Assembly: GCA_029239755.1 (NCBI GenBank)
Contig: JARBUI010000006.1
Coordinates: 11,529-75,528, forward strand
DNA length: 64,000 bases
Direction of reading: 5' to 3'
From: Clostridia bacterium
GTDB lineage: Bacteria; Bacillota; Clostridia; Lachnospirales; Cellulosilyticaceae
Of the stretch, positions 42,277 through 51,031 are shown one piece after another. A program made the position numbers and the translations under genes. The notes below the pieces were generated by a model that did no database searches, was not told the DNA's origin, and saw nothing but the letters and a program-made list of their open reading frames with translations. Every line of letters starts with the position of its first letter. Positions within the stretch are counted from its first letter, which is position 1.

Positions 42277-42750
42277 TTAATAAATAATATCCATATTTTT
42301 ATTTTCTGCCGGCCAATAACACTCCATCTTAGCAGTGCAGTTATAACAGCGTCTTGAAAGCTTATCACTCTTGTACATGATTTTTCCAAGACCCTCATCA
42401 GCCCCTCTGCGGTGTTCAAGAATGCCTTCTAAGATGACTTGTTGTTCTTCGGAATTAAAATGATATTTTTGAAGAAGGGGATGTGCGAGCTTACAGGATG
42501 CCTCTTCGTGGGGGATGTTACTCATATATTCCTGCCATCTTCCTATGTCATGTAAAAAGGCACAGGTATAAATAATCTCCTTAGGGATATAGTATCCGCT
42601 TTCTAAAGATATAATATAACACAGTCTGGCAACGTCTAAGAAGTGTTCTTTATTATGTTTGCAAAACACACGTGTTTTTTCACATGCTTCATTTTTATTT
42701 AGGTAATCCTGATACGCCTCATCAAGTATCAACTGATTAAATCGCTCCAT
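42277..42750 (-). CDS. HD-domain phosphohydrolase (candidate FolQ surrogate)
   Basis: FCKH..H..DVAR, FLHDIGR, H..S, DKLSR motifs, embedded between folE and folP. Confidence 0.8.
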   Translation of the reverse strand: MERFNQLILDEAYQDYLNKNEACEKTRVFCKHNKEHFLDVARLCYIISLESGYYIPKEIIYTCAFLHDIGRWQEYMSNIPHEEASCKLAHPLLQKYHFNSEEQQVILEGILEHRRGADEGLGKIMYKSDKLSRRCYNCTAKMECYWPAENKNMDIIY

Positions 42751-42760
42751 CTCATCCTCC

Positions 42761-43342
42761 CTAACAGATACTGTTTTTTACAGTTAGCAGCTGATACAGT
42801 TCCTGTCTCAGTTCTCTGTCTTCCTCTACGATACCTCTAGCCGTTACAGTAACTGTTTTGCTGCCAGGTTTTTTAATGCCTCGCATGCTCATACACATAT
42901 GCTCTGCTTCTAAAATAACCATTACCCCCTCGGCTTGCAGGTAATCCATAATAGCATCTCCTATTTCTGAGGTTAGGCGCTCTTGCAGCTGTGGTTTTTT
43001 GGCATATGTGTCTACTGTACGCGCAAGTTTTGATAGTCCAGCTACCTTACCACTTGGGATATAGGCAATATGTGCCTTGCCATAAAAGGGTAAAAGATGA
43101 TGCTCACACATAGAATAAAAAGTGATATCTTTTTCGATTACGATATCATTCTTCTCAATAGTAAATACCTTACTTAGATGCTCCTCGGCAGTTTGGCCAA
43201 TACCTTCAAAAATTTCTTCAAACATCTTAGCAACACGCATGGGCGTTTCAACAAGTCCCTCTCTTTCAGGGTCCTCGCCAATTGCCTGGATGATCATCTT
43301 TACTCCTTCTATTACTTTTTCCTTATCAATCATGTTGTTCAC
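42761..43342 (-). CDS. folE: GTP cyclohydrolase I
   Basis: [32 protein letters not shown]. Confidence 0.97.
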   Translation of the reverse strand: MNNMIDKEKVIEGVKMIIQAIGEDPEREGLVETPMRVAKMFEEIFEGIGQTAEEHLSKVFTIEKNDIVIEKDITFYSMCEHHLLPFYGKAHIAYIPSGKVAGLSKLARTVDTYAKKPQLQERLTSEIGDAIMDYLQAEGVMVILEAEHMCMSMRGIKKPGSKTVTVTARGIVEEDRELRQELYQLLTVKNSIC

Positions 43343-43521
43343 CTATTACTTTCTTTCAATCTATTCATTATATTAAGGGTTTGACTTCTTCCCGTGCTAT
43401 TATTAATGGTTTTATATTGCTTTTTTATTCCATCATACCACGTATTTCTTGCTTTTTAATAGAGTTTATTCTATTTTTTTCTTCATATTAAATGTTTTTA
43501 CTGTTTAAAAATACGCATATT

Positions 43522-43552
43522 AAAAAGAGGAGCATAACGAATGCTCCCCTCT
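43522..43552 (-). terminator. Terminator of the small basic protein gene
   Basis: GGAGCAT..ATGCTCC hairpin with U-tract on the minus strand. Confidence 0.7.
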
Positions 43553-43573
43553 AACTTGATTTTCATGTTTTAA

Positions 43574-43696
43574 TTATTTCTTTTTAGTAGATGCAGCTTT
43601 TCCAGATGTAGCTGAAACCGTAGATGCTGCAGTTGCACTTGGCTTTGCAGTCTCTTGTTTTTTCTTCTTTGGTTTATTTGGATTCTTATCTCCCAT
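43574..43696 (-). CDS. Unannotated 40-aa Lys/Ala/Ser/Thr-rich basic protein
   Basis: AAAGGAGTGA RBS; MGDKNPNKPKKKKQETAKPSATAASTVSATSGKAASTKKK*; has its own promoter and terminator. Confidence 0.75.
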   Translation of the reverse strand: MGDKNPNKPKKKKQETAKPSATAASTVSATSGKAASTKKK

Positions 43697-43725
43697 TATC
43701 AATCACTCCTTTCTTCTTATGGTAT

Positions 43726-43755
43726 AAAAAAAGGCACTTTAATAAAAAAGTGTCT
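43726..43755 (-). terminator. Leader (attenuator) terminator upstream of the small protein gene
   Basis: Minus strand AGACACTTT-tttatt-AAAGTGCCT-TTTTTT. Confidence 0.65.
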
Positions 43756-43820
43756 TTTAGTATGTCATTCCTATGCTGTGCTGCTGCACTTTCCAGTATT
43801 TGGTGCTTTATTTAGTGTAA

Positions 43821-43849
43821 AGTATACCACCCAGGTTCTAGCTAGTCAA
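43821..43849 (-). promoter_or_regulatory. SigA promoter, extended -10
   Basis: TTGACT-N17-TATACT with TG. Confidence 0.75.
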
Positions 43850-43943
43850 GGTGATTTACAATTAATTCTATTTTTTACAATTACTTTTTTCTTTTCTTAA
43901 TATAGGATTGTCTTTACAAGAGATTTTCATCGTTTTATACTTA

Positions 43944-43957
43944 TTGTATCGTAACAA
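43944..43957. promoter_or_regulatory. Candidate MocR operator
   Basis: TTGTATCGTAACAA matches the pdxK operators. A weaker TTGTCCCGCGACAA lies at 44212-44225. Confidence 0.6.
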
Positions 43958-43981
43958 TTTGGAGCATAGGTATCTATATGA

Positions 43982-44081
43982 GAGCCGCAGAGAGGGGGAG
44001 GGATAACTTTTGGTGCTCCACCCCAACCCACAGCCAACCGGAGTCGCACCAAAAGTTATCCCTCCCCCTCCCAGCTAGTCA
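43982..44081 (+). repeat. Dispersed stem-loop element, copy 3
   Basis: Perfect 25-bp inverted repeat (43992-44016 / 44046-44070) around core CTCCACCCCAACCCACAGCCAACCGGAGTCG; ends CCAGCTAGTC. Confidence 0.92.
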
Positions 44082-44277
44082 TTCAGATACCTGATTTAAG
44101 GAGAAAAGATTAAAGATTAAAACCAAAGAGGAAAAACTCAAAAGAATAGAGTAGGCTATTAACAGTCTTCGTATTTATCTTTTTACTTGTACCGGAGTAA
44201 GATTTATAGTGTTGTCCCGCGACAATTGTTTTTCTTATTTGCCCTAATACCTTTATTATTTTTCTAAAATCGAGATA

Positions 44278-44650
44278 GACTAGCTTAGTAGCAAGGGGAC
44301 TCTTTTAACCAGGCTCCGGTTGACTGTGGCAGACTGTCCAAAAACTATTGTCACTTGACTTTTTCTAAAATTAGCGTAGGGATTTTAGGGTGCGAAAGTT
44401 GCCTCTGGAGTCATTTCGTTAAGAAAATCTTGGTGGTTTTTTCAAATGGCACTTAGCTCGCACTGTTTGAGCGCATGCGAGTTTGCGGCGTTCATTTGGA
44501 AAATGCGACTAGATTTTTAGAAATGCGCAAGTGAGCAGCTGGAGCACCCTAAAATCTCCACGCGGATCGCCTCAAAAAACTAACATTGTAGTTTTCGGAC
44601 AGTCTGGTGGGTTGGGATGGGGAGATGAAAGCGCTCCCTTACTACTAAGT
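44278..44650 (-). repeat. Dispersed stem-loop element, copy 4 (inverted, interrupted by MITE)
   Basis: Minus strand arm CTTAGTAGTAAGGGA, CTCCCCATCCCAACCCAC[insert]CCACAGTCAACCGGAG, arm TCCCCTTGCTACTAAG, then CTAGTC. Confidence 0.85.
44330..44606. mobile_element. 277-bp MITE (non-autonomous, IS1182-like ends)
   Basis: 18-bp terminal inverted repeats CAGACTGTCCAAAAACTA / TAGTTTTCGGACAGTCTG (17/18 match), 4-bp GTGG duplication at 44326-44329 and 44607-44610, no ORF in the track. Confidence 0.85.
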
Positions 44651-44706
44651 GAAACTAATTAATATACATACAAGTATAATCCCCAAAAAGGAAGGAGATA
44701 GACACT

Positions 44707-46116
44707 ATGAAGATTTCCCCATTAACCTTTGACAGTTCAAGCACGGAGCCTCTTTATGCTCAGCTTTTTCATTACCTTAAGGAACTCATTATTGATAACA
44801 ACCTTACCCTTGGTGAAAAACTGCCGCCTATCAGGTCTTTTGCAAAAGAATTAGGTGTCAATAATGTAACCGTTATTAATGCCTATAAGCAGCTTGAAGT
44901 GTCTGGTTATGTGACTTCTAAGCAGGGAAGTGGTTTTTACGTTTCAAAAAGGACTAATACTCAGTCATCTGCGACACTGCCCGCTGTTCAAAATGGTAAA
45001 GAGCTTATTGATTTTGCTAGTGCCTCTCCTCATCCTGGTATTTTCCCTACCGAGACTTTTAAGCAGTATCTAGTTGAAGTTATTGACAGGGATAAGGGCT
45101 TTGCCTTTGGTTATCAGGAAAGTAACGGTTTTGCACCTCTTAGAGATGTACTTGCCAAGTTCCTAGAAACAACCTATAACACTTACACTACGCCTGATCT
45201 TATTCAAATCGTATCCGGCGCACAGCAAGGCATTGATATCATTGCTAAGAGTTTGCTGCATGCAGGAGATACTGTTATTACAGAAAATCCAACTTATAAT
45301 GGAGCAATTGAGGCCTTTAAATCCAGAGGCTGCCGTATTGTACCCGTTAAACTTAATTCAGATGGTATAAACCTTATTGAGCTTGAAAAAAAGGTTAAGG
45401 TATGCAAGCCTAAAATAGTCTATGTCATGCCTAAATATCAAAATCCAACTACTATTTGTTATAGTAAAGAAACCCTTTTAGGCCTTCTCGCCTTAGCTCA
45501 TGAATATAACTTTTTTATTTTGGAAGAGGACTCTATGTATGAGCTTTGTTATGGCATACAAAGCACGCCAAACCTTAAAGCTCTGGATAAAGACGATAGG
45601 GTTATTTATCTTAAGAGTTTTTCTAAATTATTAATGCCGGGACTTCGTATGGGCTTCTTAATTATACCTAGAACCTTATTGGCTGATTTTACGAAAACCA
45701 AGCAGACAACAGATATTTCTTCTTCTGGTCTTATGCAAAGAGCACTGGAGCTCTATTTTACAAAAGGCAAGTGGCACGAACATATCCACTATATGCAGGA
45801 AATCTATAGAGGAAAATATGAATATATGCTAAGCAAGCTTGAGCCGCTTACAGCCTATGGTCTTCAGTTTAAAAAACCTGAAGGCGGACTCTCTTTTTGG
45901 CTGCGCCTGCCTCCTCATATATCTTCTGAAAATCTGTATGAAGCCTGTTATGAGGCTGGTCTTCTCATTTTACCTTCTCCTATTTTCTTCTCTCATTTAG
46001 ATCACCTAAAGGATAGGTACGTTCGTCTTAGCTTTGCAGCCTGCAGTATTGATGATATTCAAAAGGGGGTGGAGGTTTTAGCCTCTTGTCTTAGAAAGCT
46101 TTCTTCTAACCTTTAA
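44707..46116 (+). CDS. MocR/GabR-family PLP-dependent transcriptional regulator
   Basis: GntR HTH (GEKLPPIRSFA..TVINAYKQL..GSGFYV) plus aminotransferase fold with SFSK. Confidence 0.93.
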   Translation: MKISPLTFDSSSTEPLYAQLFHYLKELIIDNNLTLGEKLPPIRSFAKELGVNNVTVINAYKQLEVSGYVTSKQGSGFYVSKRTNTQSSATLPAVQNGKELIDFASASPHPGIFPTETFKQYLVEVIDRDKGFAFGYQESNGFAPLRDVLAKFLETTYNTYTTPDLIQIVSGAQQGIDIIAKSLLHAGDTVITENPTYNGAIEAFKSRGCRIVPVKLNSDGINLIELEKKVKVCKPKIVYVMPKYQNPTTICYSKETLLGLLALAHEYNFFILEEDSMYELCYGIQSTPNLKALDKDDRVIYLKSFSKLLMPGLRMGFLIIPRTLLADFTKTKQTTDISSSGLMQRALELYFTKGKWHEHIHYMQEIYRGKYEYMLSKLEPLTAYGLQFKKPEGGLSFWLRLPPHISSENLYEACYEAGLLILPSPIFFSHLDHLKDRYVRLSFAACSIDDIQKGVEVLASCLRKLSSNL

Positions 46117-46127
46117 TCTTTTACAAT

Positions 46128-46178
46128 AAAATAGATCACTATGTATTATGCTAATGCATAACACATAGTGATCTATTT
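46128..46178. terminator. Bidirectional terminator overlapping the nfnB stop
   Basis: AAATAGATCACTATGT...ACATAGTGATCTATTT. Confidence 0.75.
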
Positions 46179-47575
46179 GGACTACTTTCTTTGTTCCTTA
46201 TATATTCATCCATTGCTGCTGCTGCCTTTTTACCAGCTCCCATAGCTAATATCACTGTTGCAGCTCCAGTTACTGCATCTCCTCCTGCGTAAACCCCTTC
46301 TCTAGTTGTAAGATTTGTTTCTTCTTCTGTTATAATGCAGCCTCTCTTGTTTGTACTAAGTCCCTTAGTTGTACTTCTTATTAAAGGATTTGGTGTTGTT
46401 CCAATGGCAATGATAGCACAATCTATGTCTAATATAAATTGGGAATCAGGAACTTCTCTAGGTCTTTTTCTGCCAGAAGCATCCATCTCGCCTAGTTCCA
46501 TCTCCACACACTCTATGCTTTTAACCCAGCCATCCTCATTACCAATTACTCTAAGAGGGTTGGTAAGTAGCTTAAATATAATCCCCTCTTCTTTAGCATG
46601 TTCAATCTCTTCTCTTCTTGCAGGCATTTCAGCATCTGAACGCCTATAAATGATATAGACCTTATCAGCACCTAACCTTTTAGCACATCTTGCCGCATCC
46701 ATGGCTACATTACCCCCGCCAAATACTGCTACATTACTGAAAGTCTTAATAGGAGTATCAGAATCTTTTTTATAAGCCTTCATCAGATTTACCCTTGTTA
46801 AAAATTCATTAGCCGAATAAACTCCCTTTAAGTTTTCTCCTGGTATATTCATAAAACTTGGAAGCCCAGCTCCAGAACCAATAAAAATAGCTTTATATCC
46901 TTCTTTAAATAATTCATCTATAGATAATACTTTACCTATAACCATATTTGTAAGTATTTCTACTCCCATTCCCTTCAACTTTTCAATTTCCTTATGAACA
47001 ATAGCTTTTGGAAGCCTAAACTCTGGTATGCCATAGACAAGTACTCCTCCAGCAACATGAAGAGCTTCAAAAATAGTAACCTTATAACCTTTTTTATCTA
47101 AGTCACCTGCACATGTTAACCCTGCTGGTCCTGCTCCAATTACAGCTGCTTTATGAGCATTTACTTTTATTTTTTCAGCTTTAGCTTTATCCTCATCCAT
47201 ACAGTAATCAGCGACAAAGCGTTCGAGCCTTCCAATTGCAACAGGTTCTCCTTTAATACCTCTTACACATTTCGCCTCACACTGACTTTCCTGCGGACAT
47301 ACTCTGCCGCATACCGCTGGAAGCGAACTTGTTTCTGTGATAACCTCATACGCCTTTATAAAATCACCTATAGTAATGTAGTTAATAAACTCAGGAATAT
47401 TGACACAAACAGGACAGCCTGATATGCAAGGCTTATGTTTACAATTTAAACATCGCTTGGCTTCTTCCATCGCCATCTCTTTGGTATACCCGAGTGTAAC
47501 TTCCTCAAAATTTTTATTTCTAACCTCAGGCAATTGATGGGGCATTTCTACTTTTTTAAGCGACATATTTGCCAT
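46151..47575 (-). CDS. nfnB: NfnB/SudA (GltD-like) NADPH-dependent oxidoreductase large subunit
   Basis: RCLNCK..C..GCP, CGRVCPQESQCE, GAGPAG, GGGNVAMD. Start at ATG 47575 after GGAGGTG. Confidence 0.88.
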   Translation of the reverse strand: MANMSLKKVEMPHQLPEVRNKNFEEVTLGYTKEMAMEEAKRCLNCKHKPCISGCPVCVNIPEFINYITIGDFIKAYEVITETSSLPAVCGRVCPQESQCEAKCVRGIKGEPVAIGRLERFVADYCMDEDKAKAEKIKVNAHKAAVIGAGPAGLTCAGDLDKKGYKVTIFEALHVAGGVLVYGIPEFRLPKAIVHKEIEKLKGMGVEILTNMVIGKVLSIDELFKEGYKAIFIGSGAGLPSFMNIPGENLKGVYSANEFLTRVNLMKAYKKDSDTPIKTFSNVAVFGGGNVAMDAARCAKRLGADKVYIIYRRSDAEMPARREEIEHAKEEGIIFKLLTNPLRVIGNEDGWVKSIECVEMELGEMDASGRKRPREVPDSQFILDIDCAIIAIGTTPNPLIRSTTKGLSTNKRGCIITEEETNLTTREGVYAGGDAVTGAATVILAMGAGKKAAAAMDEYIRNKESSPNRSLCVMH

Positions 47576-47577
47576 GT

Positions 47578-48417
47578 CTACTTCACCTCCATCAAACGGC
47601 ATTGGTGCTCCAGTGCTTCTTGTTCAAATTTTTTATATGTGCTGGCCCTTGAGATTGCTTCATCAAAATCAACAAGGTGCCCGTCAAAATCAGGCCCATC
47701 AACACACGCGAACTTTGTTTCTCTGCCGACACTTAGGCGGCACCCTCCGCACATGCCTGTCCCATCAATCATAATTGGATTCATACTCACGGTTGTTTTG
47801 ATTCCATACACTTTAGTAAGCTGTGCCACCAATTTCATCATTATAAGGGGACCAATAACAATCACTTCATCATACATCTCCTCTGCTGAATCAATAAGTT
47901 CCTTAAGTGCTTCTGTAACAAGCCCTTTTTGGCCATACGAACCATCATCTGTCATCACTTTAAGCTTATGGCTCACTTCATTAAACTCTTGTTCTAATAT
48001 CACCAAGTCTTTATTTCTAAATCCAATGACTGCATCAACTACTGCACCGTTATTATAAAGCTTTTTGGCAACTGGATAGGCAATAGCAGATCCTACCCCG
48101 CCTCCTATAATAATAGCCTTTTTTATCTCATCAATTTGAGAAGCTGTACCTAAAGGTCCAACGAAATCACATATTGAATCATTTTCATTTAGCAAACTCA
48201 AAAGTTTTGTTGTTTTTCCAACAACTTGAAATATAATCGTAACAGTTCCTTGACCCCTGTCATAATCAGCGATAGTAAGAGGTATTCTCTCTCCCTCACT
48301 ATTTACTCTAAGGATAATAAACTGACCTGGCTCCGCTTTTTTTGCAATAAGAGGTGCCTCAATGTCCATTAAAATAACTGCTGCATTTAATATCTTCTTT
48401 CTAATTATTTTATACAT
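47578..48417 (-). CDS. nfnA: NfnA/SudB flavoprotein [2Fe-2S] subunit
   Basis: PGQFIILR..GERIPLT, DGTGMCGGCR..CVDGP; paired with nfnB. Confidence 0.9.
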   Translation of the reverse strand: MYKIIRKKILNAAVILMDIEAPLIAKKAEPGQFIILRVNSEGERIPLTIADYDRGQGTVTIIFQVVGKTTKLLSLLNENDSICDFVGPLGTASQIDEIKKAIIIGGGVGSAIAYPVAKKLYNNGAVVDAVIGFRNKDLVILEQEFNEVSHKLKVMTDDGSYGQKGLVTEALKELIDSAEEMYDEVIVIGPLIMMKLVAQLTKVYGIKTTVSMNPIMIDGTGMCGGCRLSVGRETKFACVDGPDFDGHLVDFDEAISRASTYKKFEQEALEHQCRLMEVK

Positions 48418-48454
48418 ACATGACTCCTTACTATTCTATTTATCTAGTTATTCG

Positions 48455-50473
48455 TTACACCTCAAACTTCTCTATATATGTACTTAGTTTTTCCATAGTA
48501 CTCATTAACCTATAAGATAAATCATATAGATCTTCAACAACTGATTTTTGTTCTTCACTTAGTGCACTCACTTCTTCACTCGCAGATGCTGACTCTTGAG
48601 TTATCATGGCTATGTTATCTATCTTGCTAGACGTTCTATCTTTTAGGTCTCTCATATCTGTAACTTGAGTATTGACATCTTGAAGCTGCAGATCCATATT
48701 CTTTAAGTTATTGATAATACCACGAAAAACATTATAAGCATTATTGACCGCTTCCTCTTGGTTACTGAAAATATTGCTCGACTTATTAACTAACAACACT
48801 GTATCTTTAGTCTTACTCTCTATTGTATCAAGTGTTTTTCTAACATTTATAGTGGATTTTTTTGACTGCTCTGCTAAATTTCTAACTTCATTAGCAACAA
48901 CACTAAATCCTTTACCAACCTCACCAGCTCTTGCTGCCTCAATACTTGCATTTAAGGCTAAAAGATTAGTTTGCTCGCTAATACCATCTACCAGCTTCAT
49001 AATATCCTCAATGCTTTTAGTAAGGGTACTTAGCTGCAGGATACTTTCCTTAATTTCGCCAGCTATCTGAATAGAAGATACCATAGTCATATTAAGGACT
49101 TCCATGCTATTCGTTGCAGTTTGTATCATTTCTTTGGCCCCTTGGTTATTTTCAAAAATTTCTTTTGTTTTAACCATAACTTGTTGTATGCTGTCTGATA
49201 AGCTAGACATATTTGAAGCTCCTTGCTGTGCTTCTTCTGCTTGATGAACAGTCCCCTGTGCTATCTCTCCTATGGATAGCGCAAGCTGTTCGAAGGTATG
49301 TACAGACTGCTTAGTTGAAGAACGCAGCACTTTGCTGTTTTCTAAAGTATCTCCTACAACTTCTTTTGTTTGCTCTAAGAGCTGGCGAATATTATGCATC
49401 ATACTGTTAAAACTGCCACACAGCTTAGCTACCTCGTCATTTCCTTTTTCTTTCACCTTAACTGTAAGATCACCTTTTTCTGCCTTACTCATAAGTTCCA
49501 TAAGCTTAATAATGGGATTAGAAAAATTTCTTGCTACTGCCAGCCCTACAATAACAGCAATAATTCCTGCGCCTAAAATAATAATCCATACTAAAACATT
49601 TGCAATTTCTAGCTGGGCCGTGAGAGACCTTTCGGGTATTTCAGCAATTACCCTCCAGCCATTTGAAACCATTGTATAGGTAATAAGTGAATTATATTTT
49701 ATAGTACTGCCAGTCTTATTTCCTTCACTTACTACTTCCCATACATGATTATCTATCCTTTGTTTAGATTCATCTTTGTTATAAATCATACTACCATCAC
49801 TATCTGTTATATATATACTTGAATGATTCAGCAGATTGACATTTTTTATATTTTCAATAATGGGATCTAACTTAACGTTGACTATCACGGTGCACATAGG
49901 TTGTCCCGATAAATCTTTAATCTCTTTAAACACAAATATCTTTTCCTTAGTATTCCCTAAGCCTTTTTTCCAAAGGATGTTATCCCCTATTTGAAGATCT
50001 TTGTAGGTCATTAGATCCTTTTCCTCCATATTAGAAGAGTTTCCTAGTATCGTCCCATCCTTAAATATTAAAATAATGTCATTAATATCTTTATCTGTAC
50101 TCTTTATGTAACCTATTTTTTCCTCTATCGTTTTTATTGCAGCAGATTTATCTAACGGCTTCTCCAAAGAGTATTGTACTGCTACAATGTCCTTCATTAA
50201 ATCAACCATTGTAAACTTTGCAATGTTATTTTGAATACTTTGCTGGAAAGTATCTACGTTTATGGTAGTTTGTCTAACTAGTTCTTGTGTAAGCTGCTGA
50301 CTATTAGTATGTAATGCATTTTTAGATATAGTAGTAGAAATAACATTTACAATAAGAAGCGGTATAATAGCAAATAATATACATATTAAGATGAGTTTAA
50401 GTTTAATAGATATAAATTTTTCTTCCCTTTTATTTTTTTTATTTCTCTTTGGTTTTTTCATCATTACTATCAC
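48455..50473 (-). CDS. Methyl-accepting chemotaxis protein
   Basis: Two TMs, Cache-like domain, [22 protein letters not shown]. Confidence 0.94.
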   Translation of the reverse strand: MIVMMKKPKRNKKNKREEKFISIKLKLILICILFAIIPLLIVNVISTTISKNALHTNSQQLTQELVRQTTINVDTFQQSIQNNIAKFTMVDLMKDIVAVQYSLEKPLDKSAAIKTIEEKIGYIKSTDKDINDIILIFKDGTILGNSSNMEEKDLMTYKDLQIGDNILWKKGLGNTKEKIFVFKEIKDLSGQPMCTVIVNVKLDPIIENIKNVNLLNHSSIYITDSDGSMIYNKDESKQRIDNHVWEVVSEGNKTGSTIKYNSLITYTMVSNGWRVIAEIPERSLTAQLEIANVLVWIIILGAGIIAVIVGLAVARNFSNPIIKLMELMSKAEKGDLTVKVKEKGNDEVAKLCGSFNSMMHNIRQLLEQTKEVVGDTLENSKVLRSSTKQSVHTFEQLALSIGEIAQGTVHQAEEAQQGASNMSSLSDSIQQVMVKTKEIFENNQGAKEMIQTATNSMEVLNMTMVSSIQIAGEIKESILQLSTLTKSIEDIMKLVDGISEQTNLLALNASIEAARAGEVGKGFSVVANEVRNLAEQSKKSTINVRKTLDTIESKTKDTVLLVNKSSNIFSNQEEAVNNAYNVFRGIINNLKNMDLQLQDVNTQVTDMRDLKDRTSSKIDNIAMITQESASASEEVSALSEEQKSVVEDLYDLSYRLMSTMEKLSTYIEKFEV

Positions 50474-50547
50474 TCCTTATAATAAAAGCTGTTAAATGCT
50501 ATTTCTGGTATTCAACATCTTATGTAACCACATTTTTAAGTAACAAA

Positions 50548-50586
50548 AATAAGGGTATTTCTTTATACTTAGAAACACCCTTATTT
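50548..50586 (-). terminator. Terminator of the sugar ABC operon
   Basis: AATAAGGGT...ACCCTTATT inverted repeat. Confidence 0.7.
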
Positions 50587-50629
50587 GTCAATGTAACATA
50601 TCACCCTATTTTATTATTACTTAATTACT

Positions 50630-51001
50630 TTAATAAGCCATTGTTGTCATAAGGGTACATGCTGGTTGAGTAGCATCTAATCTAGTATATTGGACTATTA
50701 CTGGTATGCTGCTAATAACCATAGCCGCATAAGGAATACCCTTCTCTAATTGACTTCCAGCTTGATCCTTTATTTTATCCATTCTTATGTGTCTAGTACG
50801 CCTTGCCCCACAAACTACTGTTTCTAAATAAACTTCTGGTCTATCTTCATAATACAGAGTTATGTTTATACTTGCATCATTGTCACTTGTATTTAACACA
50901 CATATAGACTCGTGACTTACATATTCACCTTCACTGCTGTTGATTGGCCAATACATATCTGCAATAAACCATTCTTTTTTACCCATTACTATATTAGACA
51001 T
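50630..51001 (-). CDS. Sensory rhodopsin transducer-family (ASRT/DUF1362) protein
   Basis: GKKEWFIAD.Y.P, SHESICVLN, YYEDR.P, ARRTRHIR, P.IVQYTRLD. Confidence 0.85.
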   Translation of the reverse strand: MSNIVMGKKEWFIADMYWPINSSEGEYVSHESICVLNTSDNDASINITLYYEDRPEVYLETVVCGARRTRHIRMDKIKDQAGSQLEKGIPYAAMVISSIPVIVQYTRLDATQPACTLMTTMAY

Positions 51002-51031
51002 ACTCTGCTCCTTATTTTAAGTATAATTCTA

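Noticed and set aside
42258-42419. N-terminal extension of the folP ORF
   Set aside because: It overlaps the HD gene. A good RBS and ATG at 42257 give a normal-length DHPS.
43343-43520. THF or ZTP riboswitch upstream of folE
   Set aside because: AT-rich, with no recognisable aptamer motifs.
43624-43900. Plus-strand ORFs 43624-43815 and 43655-43900
   Set aside because: No RBS. The minus-strand 40-aa ORF has a promoter, RBS and terminator.
46151-47602. Calling this gene glutamate synthase small subunit
   Set aside because: No gltB partner; the upstream NfnA/SudB-type gene indicates the NfnAB transhydrogenase.
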